This document shows positions 38,629-48,679 of a stretch of DNA of 64,000 bases, piece by piece. The notes beneath the pieces were generated by a model. That model was not told the DNA's origin and did no database searches. It saw only the letters and a list, made by a program, of their open reading frames with translations. This DNA is from Candidatus Latescibacterota bacterium (GTDB lineage Bacteria; Latescibacterota; UBA2968; GCA-2709665): NCBI GenBank assembly GCA_963667175.2, contig CAXXXF010000015.1, forward strand, positions 480,001-544,000, written 5' to 3'. A program made the translations under genes and the position numbers. The first letter of the stretch is position 1. Every line of letters starts with the position of its first letter.

Positions 38629-39678
38629 CTATCGACTGACGACGTTCTGGCGATAATCGCCATGGGAAATGAGTTCGGGCGCATAGGCGAACAGCGCGGG
38701 GTTCCCCCCGGTATGCACGTAGACGACCGTGGATCCGGACGGTATCTCCCCCGAGCGGATCCGGTCGATCACCCCGGACATGGCCTTGCTGGTATAAACA
38801 GGATCCAGAAGGATCCCCTCAGTCCGCGCCATCAGGTGCAATGCGTCCAGGCCCGCCTCGGTTACAATCCCGTAGTTCTCGCCCACGTACGCGTCCGTGT
38901 TCTCCATTTCATCGGCCGTCATTCGAATGTCCAGCTCCATCAGCGCCGCCGTTTCGTTGGCCACTTCGGCAAGCTGCGCCCGGCGTTGCGCCTCGTTTCC
39001 CCGGCTCGGCGAGAATCCCTGCGCGCGGACCGGCAATCCCAGCGCTTTCACACCCAACGCCAGCCCCGCGTGCGTGCCGTGACCGGACGCCGTACAGATA
39101 AAGTCCGTCTGCGCGTTCATGGCTTCCAGTTGCGCCACAATCTCCAGCGCGCATCCGACGTAAGCGACCGTGCCCAGCACCACCGCCCGCCGCCCGATGA
39201 GATACGGCTTCTCTCCCTGCGCCCGCAGTTCGTCCATGACCTCTTTCTTCACGTCCTCCTGGCTCACGCCCTCGGCAACCAGCCGGACGTCCGCACCGAG
39301 GATATTGTCCAGCAGTTGATTGCCCTGGATGCCCATCAGGCTCCGATGATCGTGACGGTTCACCAGCACGCATTTCATTCCAAGTTTCGAGGCTGCAGCC
39401 GCCGCCTGCCGCGCGTGATTCGACTGCGAGGCCGCACCCGTCACCAGGGCCGTGGCCCCGTTCGCAACCGCGTCGCCAAGAGCGAGACTGAACTTCCGCG
39501 TCTTGTTCCCGCCGAACGCGAGACCGGTCAGATCGTCCCGCTTCACGAGCACCCGTACTTTCCCGCCCAGCGCCTCCGAGAACCTGGGGCAATCGTGCAG
39601 CGGCGTGGGAAGTTCGGCCAGGGCCGTTTTCGGAAAACGATCGATAACAGCCTGCAATTCCTTAGCGCTAACGGCCAT
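38629..39678 (-). CDS. D-cysteine desulfhydrase/ACC deaminase family PLP enzyme
   Basis: PTPL, KRDD...FGGNKTRK, QSNHAR, EGILLDPVYTSKA, HTGG. Confidence 0.92.
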   Translation of the reverse strand: MAVSAKELQAVIDRFPKTALAELPTPLHDCPRFSEALGGKVRVLVKRDDLTGLAFGGNKTRKFSLALGDAVANGATALVTGAASQSNHARQAAAAASKLGMKCVLVNRHDHRSLMGIQGNQLLDNILGADVRLVAEGVSQEDVKKEVMDELRAQGEKPYLIGRRAVVLGTVAYVGCALEIVAQLEAMNAQTDFICTASGHGTHAGLALGVKALGLPVRAQGFSPSRGNEAQRRAQLAEVANETAALMELDIRMTADEMENTDAYVGENYGIVTEAGLDALHLMARTEGILLDPVYTSKAMSGVIDRIRSGEIPSGSTVVYVHTGGNPALFAYAPELISHGDYRQNVVSR

Positions 39679-39900
39679 GGATTCCTCCATCCGCAATGTG
39701 AAACGGGGAGCCGCGGACCGACCCCGTTTCCCGCAATCGATGCGTGACGTTTCCGCCGCAGCCGGCAATGATGGCAAAATGGCACAGTTTCACCGGGAAG
39801 TCAAAGAAAAAGGGTGTTGTGCGCCTGCCTTCAATTCCATTGTGTCGGCCCCGGTCGATTTCTATATTCGGGAAACCGCAGCACAATCAGGGAGGTACGA

Positions 39901-40725
39901 ATGACCACATCCGCCGAGAGCGTTATCGCGAAAAACGCGCAGGCTCTGGACGACGAGACCACGCGGAAGATCGTGGAGCAGTTCAACCGCGACGGGTTTT
40001 ATTTCATGGAGAATGTGCTCGATCCCGAGGAGGTGGACGCACTGAGGGAGGGCATGGAGCGCAAATGGGACGATCCCCGGATCCAGGCGGACGAGGCCGG
40101 CGATCACATCCGCGGCATCAGCATGATGCGCATGTACGAGTACGACCGCAATTTCCGGGACCTGATCGAACGCGAGCCGATCGCCAGTCTCGCGGAAGCC
40201 ATCCTGGGTGACGACTGCCACATGATGTCCCAGAATGCTCTGCGATACGAACCCGGCCAGGGCGGCGGATGGCACCTCGACGATAGAATCCACTTCCCGC
40301 TTCCCGACGGCGTTCCGCGCCACAATCCGGATGTCCCCGTCCCCTGCTTCGTGATGAACGTGATGATTCCGCTCAGCAGGGCCGACGCCGCGGAATACGG
40401 CGTCACCCAGGTCATCCCCGGCAGCCACTACGCCGGCAGACACCCGAACGACCGCGAGAATCCGACCTTCGAAGGCCGGAAACCGGTGTCCCTTTTCGCC
40501 AAAAAAGGCGACATATATTGGTTCCACAACCAGGTCTGGCATCGCGGGTCGCGGAACGATTCCGACCAGGTGCGTTACGTTGGCTCAATCGTCTACAGCC
40601 AGCGGATGATCGCCCAGCGCCTCTACCCGTTCATCGATTACCGCATGCCCGACCACGTCTGGGAAGGCGCCGGTCCCCGCCTGCAGCGGCTCCTGGGCCG
40701 GCACGAAAAAGGAGCGTATGGATGA
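39901..40725 (+). CDS. PhyH-family dioxygenase (HxD)
   Basis: WHLDD, IPGSH, WHRG; GGGAGG RBS. Confidence 0.9.
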   Translation: MTTSAESVIAKNAQALDDETTRKIVEQFNRDGFYFMENVLDPEEVDALREGMERKWDDPRIQADEAGDHIRGISMMRMYEYDRNFRDLIEREPIASLAEAILGDDCHMMSQNALRYEPGQGGGWHLDDRIHFPLPDGVPRHNPDVPVPCFVMNVMIPLSRADAAEYGVTQVIPGSHYAGRHPNDRENPTFEGRKPVSLFAKKGDIYWFHNQVWHRGSRNDSDQVRYVGSIVYSQRMIAQRLYPFIDYRMPDHVWEGAGPRLQRLLGRHEKGAYG

Positions 40726-40732
40726 GGAAAAG

Positions 40733-40764
40733 CAGCTATCAGCCATCAGCTATCAGCAGTCAGC
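40733..40764 (+). repeat. Heptad tandem repeat (CAGCTAT-like)
   Basis: CAGCTAT CAGCCAT CAGCTAT CAGCAGT CAGC. Confidence 0.75.
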
Positions 40765-40925
40765 TTGTAGCAAAAACCAACCCGTCGACATCATCGTCGT
40801 CACGTGTCAGGAACGAACGGAACGCAGACCTCTCCCCCCGGCCTGCCGGCAGCAATCATCCGTTAGCCAAAACCGGTTACCAATTCGACGGTTGTGAGAT
40901 ATCTATTCACGTATACGTGGTATCT

Positions 40926-41001
40926 TGTAGGGGCGGTTCGCGAACCGCCCGATTGGAATGGTGACGGGGAAAGGAGGGCAACCACAAGGGTTGCCCCTAC
41001 A
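40926..41001. repeat. Inverted pair of GTAG-type REP palindromes (REPIN-like)
   Basis: TGTAGGGGCGGTTCGCGAACCGCCC ... GGGCAACCACAAGGGTTGCCCCTACA. Confidence 0.85.
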
Positions 41002-41086
41002 TTCCAGAGTTCAACAATCAGCTTTCAGTTGTCAGCCAGAAGTAAAAGCCCACCCAATTGACGTCAGCGCAAAGAGGGGGCGTAGC

Positions 41087-41449
41087 GTGCCAAACGTTCA
41101 GGGAATCGGCGGGTTCTTCTTTCGGGCAAAGGACCCGGAAGGCCTTACGAAATGGTATCACGATCACCTTGGCATCAATCCTGCTCCCACGAATATGGAG
41201 ATGGCGCCCTGGGTGACCGGGTCCGGGGCCACGGTTTTCTCACCCTTCGATGCCGACACGGACTATTTCGCGGCGGACAAGTCTTTCATGCTGAACTTCC
41301 GCGTGGCCGATCTGGACGCGATGATCGCGCAGTTGAAGTCCGCGGATATCGAGGTCAGCCACGAAAGCGAGATGGAGGGCATCGGCCGCTTCGCCCGCAT
41401 CCACGATCCCGAAGGAAACGCGATCGAGCTTTGGGAACCCGCGTCGTGA
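41087..41449 (+). CDS. VOC/glyoxalase family protein
   Basis: GIGGFFFRAKDP, MLNFRVADLD, GRFARIHDPEGNAIELWEP. Confidence 0.9.
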   Translation: MPNVQGIGGFFFRAKDPEGLTKWYHDHLGINPAPTNMEMAPWVTGSGATVFSPFDADTDYFAADKSFMLNFRVADLDAMIAQLKSADIEVSHESEMEGIGRFARIHDPEGNAIELWEPAS

Positions 41450-41854
41450 GATTCGCACATGTGCTGGTGGACGCGACGGCGCGCGACCCACTCGGAACCC
41501 TCTGCGCCTCAGTTTGTGAAACCGCAATCCCTCGTAAACGAACGAGGATTCGAGAGAGCGAAGGATCACAACGGCTTCAATCTCCGGCTGACTGCCTGAT
41601 CCGAAAAATATCCGCCTGATATTGGCAATTGGAGTTGATTTTTCGGAAGTCAATGCACTCATTCAAGGGGCTGCATATTCCGGCAATCTGAATTCGCCTT
41701 CGCCCTTGCCACAGTTTTCCATTGTATGTATAATTTCATTCGCCACCCGGAATGAGCTTAGTTTTGGGATAATCAACTCAGTGTGTGCACACACTCTGTG
41801 TTATATTCGTAATCGACTCAAAGAAGCACGCACGAGGGTGAGAAGGGACCTGCC

Positions 41855-42070
41855 ATGGCACGAAAATCACAAACATCCAATTGCAAGAGAGTTCATGTCA
41901 TCTCAAGAAAAGATCGTTGGGCAGTCATGAAGGAAGGGAACTCCAGAGCGTCAAAAATCTACGGCACCAAATCTGCTGCCGAAGAAGGCGCCAGCGAAAT
42001 ATCGAATGGCAGTGATGTTGTCATCCATAGACGAGATGGAACTGTACAAAAATGGATAAAGGCTAAGTGA
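41855..42070 (+). CDS. DUF2188-like small protein
   Basis: VHVI...WAVMKEGNSRASK...TK..A...VVIHRRDGTVQ. Confidence 0.8.
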   Translation: MARKSQTSNCKRVHVISRKDRWAVMKEGNSRASKIYGTKSAAEEGASEISNGSDVVIHRRDGTVQKWIKAK

Positions 42071-42684
42071 ACAGCCGCGGGGACTTCCATTCCAGCGTTT
42101 TCATCAACTGTCCCTTTGATGATGATTACACGCGGCTATTGAGACCTCTTCTGTTCAGTGCAGTTCGTGCAGGCCTGACGGTGAGAATTGCATCGGAGAC
42201 TTTCGATTCAGGGGTGGCAAGGATCAGTCGGATTTGCGAATTGATACGCGAGTCGAAATACAGTGTGCACGATCTGTCAAGGATGCGGGCGTCATACGAG
42301 GGCGATATCCACAGTATGAATATGCCCTTCGAGCTGGGTCTCGACATCGGCTGCCGCGTCTTTTCTCGAGGTATTCAGAGTCAGAAGCGATGTTTGATTC
42401 TGGAGACTGAACAATACGTATACCAACAGGCTCTTTCCGATCTGTCGAACTCCGACATCAAGCGTCACCTGAATCAGCCTGAGGAGGTCGTCCGTCAAGT
42501 AAGGAACTGGTTCGTTGAGGTCGAGGTTGGGAAGCTTCCCAGTGCGACCGTGTTGTGGAAGGAATTTAACGAGTTTATGGCGGACTTCTATCAGGAGAGG
42601 AGTGCCGAGGGCTTTGGAGGCAGAGATCTGGATATGATGCCTGTTCCTGAGTATGTGGGATTCATAAAAGACTGGATAGGGTGA
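42067..42684 (+). CDS. Nucleoside deoxyribosyltransferase/TIR-like protein
   Basis: VFINCPFD, SVHDLSR, NMPFELGLD, SDL..SDI; coupled to DUF2188 (GTGA); AT-richer. Confidence 0.65.
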   Translation: MNSRGDFHSSVFINCPFDDDYTRLLRPLLFSAVRAGLTVRIASETFDSGVARISRICELIRESKYSVHDLSRMRASYEGDIHSMNMPFELGLDIGCRVFSRGIQSQKRCLILETEQYVYQQALSDLSNSDIKRHLNQPEEVVRQVRNWFVEVEVGKLPSATVLWKEFNEFMADFYQERSAEGFGGRDLDMMPVPEYVGFIKDWIG

Positions 42685-42885
42685 CTTAGGAGTAAAACCA
42701 GGAGTTAATGGGTCCAACCTCATGTGAATTTCGCACGAGGTTTTCGTTTATTCAGGAAGAAAGGCGGCACCAGTTACTCCAGGCGTCCGTCCTGCTCGTA
42801 CCAATTCCACGATCCGCTGCCGAAACTCCAGCGACTGGGAAGAACATTCCTGTGTCACGGTGCGCCGTCTTTCCTCTTATGTGAA

Positions 42886-42935
42886 TTCTGGAAATTCGCT
42901 CTCCTCAGGAGGTCTACTTTGAAGACGAACCCTGA
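42886..42935 (+). pseudogene. C-terminal relic of a PIN-type toxin
   Basis: ILEIRSPQEVYFEDEP* preceded by an in-frame stop and overlapping the next small gene; boundaries approximate. Confidence 0.45.
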
Positions 42936-43092
42936 GAGTAACGCTGTGCAATTGATGAGGACCCTCCGTGATCAGATGAGTGAGGAAATGAGAGGAATGA
43001 CTCCTCAACAGCAGATTGCGTACATTGAAGAACGATCGGGCTTGAAACGGGACGATCATAAGGAACCGTCAAGAGACACGAGCACGGGCTGA
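42919..43092 (+). CDS. Small putative antitoxin-like protein
   Basis: AGGAGG + TTG; NAVQLMRTLRDQMSEEMRGMTPQQQIAYI. Confidence 0.6.
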   Translation: MKTNPESNAVQLMRTLRDQMSEEMRGMTPQQQIAYIEERSGLKRDDHKEPSRDTSTG

Positions 43093-43498
43093 TCGTCCAC
43101 TTCCCATCACACTTAGCCTCGATTCGTCATTTTTCGGAAACGTAAATTCGAATATACGCAAGAAAATAAAGGCGATTTGACGTCGGATTTCCAGGAACCT
43201 TCAGGTCACTGGACGTGAACGGAGAAAACATCACTTTGGACGACTTCTACGCCCCGTTTGGCGCCGGTGCCTTTTGTGCTTTTTGTGGCTGATTTTACGG
43301 TTATCTTTTTTCGAATTGAGGTTAGTGAAAAGAGATTGGCGCTAGCAAAACGGTTTTACTTGTTGAATTTTTCCGGATGGTGCGGGTCTCGTCAATTCCC
43401 TCCGGGGATTCGACTTGAAATATCCGTCAACGAGAAACACGACGAATTCTGCCGTCTGTCTTCGTGCATTGACGCCATAACCAGCGAAAGGAATCACC

Positions 43499-44569
43499 AT
43501 GACGAAATCCGATCCGTATGAAAAAGGCCTCGCGGCCGGTGAGGCGGCCGCTTCAGCCGCCGGGGATACATCACAGTCATCGCCGAACGGCGGGCGCATG
43601 TACGTGCGCACCCAGAGTTTCGGGTCCACCGATGCGGAATTGCGCTTTCTGCAGCGCTGCGGCGTGCGCCACAAGGCCGTCGTCTTTCCCTTCCACGAAG
43701 ACCGTGGCTGGGACCTCGACGAGCTGGCCCAGGTAAGGGAGCGCCATGAGGCGTTCGGGATCACGCTGGATATGAGCTCGCTGCCCATCTACGAGCGTTT
43801 TCCCAACATCATCTATTATGGCAAGAGCCCGGAGCGCGACCGGGAGATCGACGTCGTATGCGAGATGATCCGGACCGCTTCGCGCGCGGGCATCGACTCG
43901 CTGCGATACAACACCTGCGTCCTGCCCATCGACCGAACCGAACCGGAAGAAGGCCGCGGCGGGTTCTACCATACCGCGTTCCGCCTGGAGAAAATCCCGG
44001 CGGAAGACAAGGCCAGGCTGACCGAGGCCGGGCGCGTCACGGCCGACATGTACTGGGAAAGAATCGAGTATCTGCTGGAACGCATGATTCCGGTGGCGGA
44101 AGAATTCAAGGTTCGAATGGGCAATTCCCAGGAGGACCCCGCCACACCCCCCGGCTACCGGGGCGTTGACAAGGTCCTCAATGACTTCGAGGGCATGAAG
44201 CGTTTCATCGAGATAAAGCGCGGTCCGTATCACGGCTGGAACTTCTGCGTGGGCTCCGTTGCCGAAGGGCTCAAAGACCCGGCCAGTGAAATCTACCCCA
44301 TCATCGAGTACTTCGGCAGCCGGAATACGATCTTCCTGGTCCACTACCGCAACATCATCGGGGGCCAGTACAGCTTCCGCGAGTCTCTGCCCGATGAAGG
44401 CGACATGGACTTCCACCTCGTCTTGAAGGCGCTGAAGGACACGGGCTACCGTTACGGCATCGATCCCGACCACGTCCCGTGGACGGACGACGATCCGAAC
44501 CGCTCCTACCAGTCCTACGCCTACTGCTTCGGCTACATCAACGCCATGATTCAAGCGGTGTATGGGTAG
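43499..44569 (+). CDS. uxuA: Mannonate dehydratase (UxuA) family protein
   Basis: RDREID, YLLE..IPVAEE..VRM, NFCVG, VHYRN, DEGDMD, PDHVP, FGYINAM. Confidence 0.75.
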   Translation: MTKSDPYEKGLAAGEAAASAAGDTSQSSPNGGRMYVRTQSFGSTDAELRFLQRCGVRHKAVVFPFHEDRGWDLDELAQVRERHEAFGITLDMSSLPIYERFPNIIYYGKSPERDREIDVVCEMIRTASRAGIDSLRYNTCVLPIDRTEPEEGRGGFYHTAFRLEKIPAEDKARLTEAGRVTADMYWERIEYLLERMIPVAEEFKVRMGNSQEDPATPPGYRGVDKVLNDFEGMKRFIEIKRGPYHGWNFCVGSVAEGLKDPASEIYPIIEYFGSRNTIFLVHYRNIIGGQYSFRESLPDEGDMDFHLVLKALKDTGYRYGIDPDHVPWTDDDPNRSYQSYAYCFGYINAMIQAVYG

Positions 44570-44668
44570 CACAGATGTATGTGGACCCTCCACCTTGCCA
44601 CGGAACTGCTCCCCGCCATTCCTTCCGGTCCGGACAACCGAACCGGCGCGCGGGCAAAGGACAACAAC

Positions 44669-45514
44669 ATGGAACCAGCTGAAATCGCGCACCATATCAG
44701 GGAAAACGGCTACTGCATCGTTCAGGACGTCATCCCCTCAGGGGAAGTGGGCAGGATCCGCGAGCGCGTTGTGCGGGCGCAGGCCGCCCAGGACGCCGCC
44801 CACCAGGCCAGGGAGAAGGCGACTCGAGCCAGGGGCCACCGGGTTGGAGCCCGCGGCGTGGGCGTGCTCAAGCAGGCGCTCAATGAAGACCAGTCTTTCG
44901 CACCGTACCTGGCCGACCGGCGGATCATCGGGACCCTCGAAATCTTTTTCGGACCCTGGCTGCGGGTCTCCTGCACCGACGCCGTGGTGAACCACTCGGG
45001 GAACGAGCGCGGCTACTGGCACGCGGACTGGCCGTTCAACCAGACGAACGCCTCCAATGTCCCGGCGCCCTACCCGGATGTGATGATGCACGCGTCGTCG
45101 CTGTGGATGCTGACCGATTTCTCCCATGCCAACGGCGGGACGCTGCTGTTGCCGGGCACGCACCGGAAGAACCGCAATCCGGCGACGGGAGACCTGCCCG
45201 GCTTCGACAATGAGGCGCCGCAGCCGGACGAGATCAACGCCCAGGGAAGGGCGGGATGCGTGCTGCTTTACGACAGCCGGCAATGGCACGCGGTTGCGCC
45301 CAACCGGAGCGGCAGCCCCCGGGTGGCCCTGATCGTGCGCTACGCTCCCTGGTGGCTGAACCTGAATCCCACGCACGTAGGCACGCCGGAGCACGAGATG
45401 ATGGTGGTGGAGACCGGCGGGAAGAACTACGAGATGGAGCCCCTTCGCCGCGACGTATACGACGGGCTTCCGGAGGACGTGAAGCCGCTCTTCCGGCACT
45501 TCGTGGGCAAATAA
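44669..45514 (+). CDS. PhyH-family dioxygenase (HxD)
   Basis: WHADWP, NGGTLLLPGTH, WHA...NRS...R. Confidence 0.9.
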   Translation: MEPAEIAHHIRENGYCIVQDVIPSGEVGRIRERVVRAQAAQDAAHQAREKATRARGHRVGARGVGVLKQALNEDQSFAPYLADRRIIGTLEIFFGPWLRVSCTDAVVNHSGNERGYWHADWPFNQTNASNVPAPYPDVMMHASSLWMLTDFSHANGGTLLLPGTHRKNRNPATGDLPGFDNEAPQPDEINAQGRAGCVLLYDSRQWHAVAPNRSGSPRVALIVRYAPWWLNLNPTHVGTPEHEMMVVETGGKNYEMEPLRRDVYDGLPEDVKPLFRHFVGK

Positions 45515-45650
45515 GCGAGCGGTTGAGGGGTGCGGGGGAGTTTGAAGACCTACATAACGATTTTTTTTAAGTCTCACGAACGCAATCTACGGGGCATCTG
45601 TCCAGCATTAATTGGAAATCTCTCGACAAGCCGGCAAGGGAATCTCGAAA

Positions 45651-46604
45651 ATGGACATCCTAGCGGAGTTGAATAGCAAACATGAGGCGCTGCATCGGGA
45701 CGCCGCGTACTCTGGATTAGGTGCTGTCATCGGACACATCGAGATGGGAGAAAGACACCTCGCTTCTTCCAGAAAGGAGCGAGACGAACGACTGTGCAAC
45801 GACGTCATTTATCGCACGAATCAAGCGTTTGAAGGAGCGCTTAAAGAGGCTTACTCACGTTTAACAGGAAAATCCCCCGAAAAATTGACACCTCATCAAA
45901 TCGAACGATATTTTGAGAAAAATAACGTACTACACAAGCGTGTTCTTGATTTGTTTACCAATTATCGGTTGAATTGGCGGAATCCATCTACCCATGACCA
46001 CATCCTCGCGTTCAGTGACTCGGAAGCCTTCCTCGCGATAATCAACATATCAGCATTCGCGGCCGTTCTGATGGACCAGATAATCGAAGCGGCTGCGACA
46101 GAAGAAGAACGAAATGCAGTTGACAAGCGACGCTCGGAAATTGAACAAACGCTTGGTGACGTACAGTCCCAGAGCATTTACGACCGTCTTCTGTCGTACT
46201 TAAAAGTCTTTAACGACGAACTCCGAACTCAGAATCTTGATAATGTACTTACCGAGACCCAAGTTCTTGGTCGACTAAACGGCTTCATTATGGAATTAAA
46301 TAAAGACCTTACTATTGAGCGAGAAGCTGGAGCCCCACACGGTAGTCACTATAGGGCGGATCTACTTGTAGAGTCAGAACAAGAACGAGTACTCGTTGAA
46401 CTAAAGCGCCCTAACCTGAATCGACGCGGGTTTGCTGAAGCAAAGCATCAATTAGCTAGTTACTTGGAGAAATCAGATGTTAGCGCCGCTATCCTTTTTG
46501 TACCGTCTACTACCGGCGAGGTACGGGCGTTAGAGACAGAGTGGCCAAAGGGTAAAGGAACTCTTTCGGTGGGTCTGGTAATCCCCGAGGAATGGGTCGA
46601 ATAG
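45651..46604 (+). CDS. HEPN + PD-(D/E)xK nuclease fusion, candidate defence protein
   Basis: AFEGALK and RNPSTH (RxxxxH); YRADLLV...VELK and QLASY; AT-richer than flanks. Confidence 0.65.
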   Translation: MDILAELNSKHEALHRDAAYSGLGAVIGHIEMGERHLASSRKERDERLCNDVIYRTNQAFEGALKEAYSRLTGKSPEKLTPHQIERYFEKNNVLHKRVLDLFTNYRLNWRNPSTHDHILAFSDSEAFLAIINISAFAAVLMDQIIEAAATEEERNAVDKRRSEIEQTLGDVQSQSIYDRLLSYLKVFNDELRTQNLDNVLTETQVLGRLNGFIMELNKDLTIEREAGAPHGSHYRADLLVESEQERVLVELKRPNLNRRGFAEAKHQLASYLEKSDVSAAILFVPSTTGEVRALETEWPKGKGTLSVGLVIPEEWVE

Positions 46605-47143
46605 ATGGAGGCAGACTTATAGTCTATGGTGACGTGATGTGCGCGTAGATCTAGTCCCGATATACTGGGAATTTGCAGCCTTGTACCGCTGCGAAAAATG
46701 CGGAATTTACACCTTCAGTCGCACAGTTTCTCTGTATATACAGTAAACTAACGAATGGCCAAACACGAATGACAGGTCCGGCTAGCCTGTTTGTTCGGTG
46801 AAATTTGTAGTACTTGAGTCAGGTCTCCTGATGGGAACGCTCAATTGGGGCATGTTTTTATCGACACAATCACGCTCTTACAACAACACGCCTTGGCGGT
46901 CTGAGGCGAAGCCTCGTTAGATCACGCGGTTTCCAAAGTGTACATCGGCGCCGCCGTGATCGGCGGAAGTTTGGATTTAGAGGAAGGCGCCTTTTATCTT
47001 TTTGCGGGGCGAGGAGGCGGCCGGTTTTGTTATATACAGGTATGAATTGGAATGTCGGCTGTTTCGCGAGAACCAACGGAAATATCTCTAAACATGTTAG
47101 AGTCTTACAGTAAGACTTCAACGCAAGATGCGTAGAAGTTTGT

Positions 47144-48679
47144 TCATGCTGCTTGGATAGCGTTCCGGTTTGTGTGGTTGTCGTATAGTGTCAGTGAAGT
47201 CGCGAGGGTGACGTGTCCGGCCTGTGTGACGCGCCATCTTCTGGACCGAGGTATTTTAGCGATCAGGCCTCGGACGTGTAGACGTTTGAGGAGTCGGCTG
47301 ACGGCGTTGGCTTGTCGTCGTCGCTGGTCGAGGGTTCTGGGTTGTTTGAAGAGGTGTTTTCGGATGTCCCGATTGCGGAAGCCCATCAGGGCGTGTTCGC
47401 CTTTCAGGACGGCGGTGAAGAGGTCGAGGTCGCGGGTGTCGGCGGGATTGAAGCCCCGATAGGTCCGCCCCTTGTGCCTGCGTGGTCGGGCAAGTGCGGC
47501 GAGGCTGTGACGGCTCTTCCCGGTGTCTGGTGCTGCTGCCAGCGCCTGAAGATAGTGTTGGTTGGCCTTCAATGAGATCTCCCGATAGCGGTAGAGGTTG
47601 GCCACCCCTTTGGCCATGGGATACCAGCCCATCACGCGTTGTCCTTGCCGTATGCCCTGGCGGCGGACCTTGAACTGCCTTGGATGGTTGATCACTGTCT
47701 CTATGCGTAGTACGCGCCCGTGTTTGTCGTACATTTTTATCCAGTTCTCACACATCCGGTGTTTGACCCGTGCGCCGGGTTGGCGTTTGTTTTTGAAGTC
47801 CGTGAGGACTTCGCCCTGAAAGTTGCCGTGGAGTTTGCGTCCCAGGAAGGTCAGGATGTCCTGGGGAGAGAAGCACAGCACCGTATGTCTGAGCAGATTT
47901 TCATACAGCACCTTCAGGGCGTGGGGGCTTGTGAACATCACGTCGGTGGCGAACTCAGCCTGGTCAACGACCCAGTAATAGTCCATTCCCGAAAGCAGGT
48001 CTTTGAGCAGGGGGTTGACCCTGCGGGCAAGCCCGGAGAGAATGCGCGGCCAATTTTTCTCGACAAAACGATCGGCAAACCGTTGCGCCCGGGCCACGTC
48101 GTCGATCCATAGAAACGCGTTGTCTGCTTTGCGATAGGCAATGCCGTTTTTATCGAGCTTGCGCGCCAGGTATTCGTGGCCATTGAGACAGACCTGCACC
48201 ACCAGGGGGAACCACGACTGGATGCGGATATGCAGCAACCCGAACTCACGGTCGATATAGTAGAAATAGTAGCACAGGCACTTCCGCCGGGCGTTGCGCA
48301 GGCGAGGCCTTCCTTTCCCTGGAACCAGCTTGAAACTCTGACAGCCCTCCACGGCGCGGTACACACAGACCAGGCCGCGGGTGATCCCATCTCGTTGGGC
48401 GATGCGTCGCGCTTCCTCCTCTTTCCTGACGGTGTTGCGGTCGAGATAGAGGAACGGGCGCTTGTGCCTGCTCGCCATCGCCTCCGCGTGGGCTTTGATC
48501 GTTTTGGAATGCATCGTCACAAAACGCTTGAAGTCCTTCAACAAAAAACCCTGATTACCCATGAAACGCTCCATCGCATCGCCAAATCCCAACGGCAGGT
48601 ACCCCTTGAACAGAACCCGATCAAAACACGATACCACGCCACTGATTTTTTCATTATATTGGTCCACGAAGTCGTTCAC
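47144..48679 (-). CDS. Putative transposase / Rep-like protein (511 aa) with C-terminal wHTH
   Basis: AGGAGG + GTG; FDRVLFKGYLP, LNGHEYLAR, KMYDK...LRIETVIN; basic wHTH-like tail LKRLHVRGLIAKIPRSRRWRVT. Confidence 0.7.
   Translation of the reverse strand: MNDFVDQYNEKISGVVSCFDRVLFKGYLPLGFGDAMERFMGNQGFLLKDFKRFVTMHSKTIKAHAEAMASRHKRPFLYLDRNTVRKEEEARRIAQRDGITRGLVCVYRAVEGCQSFKLVPGKGRPRLRNARRKCLCYYFYYIDREFGLLHIRIQSWFPLVVQVCLNGHEYLARKLDKNGIAYRKADNAFLWIDDVARAQRFADRFVEKNWPRILSGLARRVNPLLKDLLSGMDYYWVVDQAEFATDVMFTSPHALKVLYENLLRHTVLCFSPQDILTFLGRKLHGNFQGEVLTDFKNKRQPGARVKHRMCENWIKMYDKHGRVLRIETVINHPRQFKVRRQGIRQGQRVMGWYPMAKGVANLYRYREISLKANQHYLQALAAAPDTGKSRHSLAALARPRRHKGRTYRGFNPADTRDLDLFTAVLKGEHALMGFRNRDIRKHLFKQPRTLDQRRRQANAVSRLLKRLHVRGLIAKIPRSRRWRVTQAGHVTLATSLTLYDNHTNRNAIQAA

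Noticed and set aside
46732-46743. LexA SOS box (CTGTATATACAG)
   Set aside because: Spacing is CTGT-N4-ACAG, not the canonical N8; no clear regulated gene.
46893-46922. attC site ending in GTTAGAT
   Set aside because: No matching RYYYAAC at a suitable distance; better explained as the element-end hairpin.
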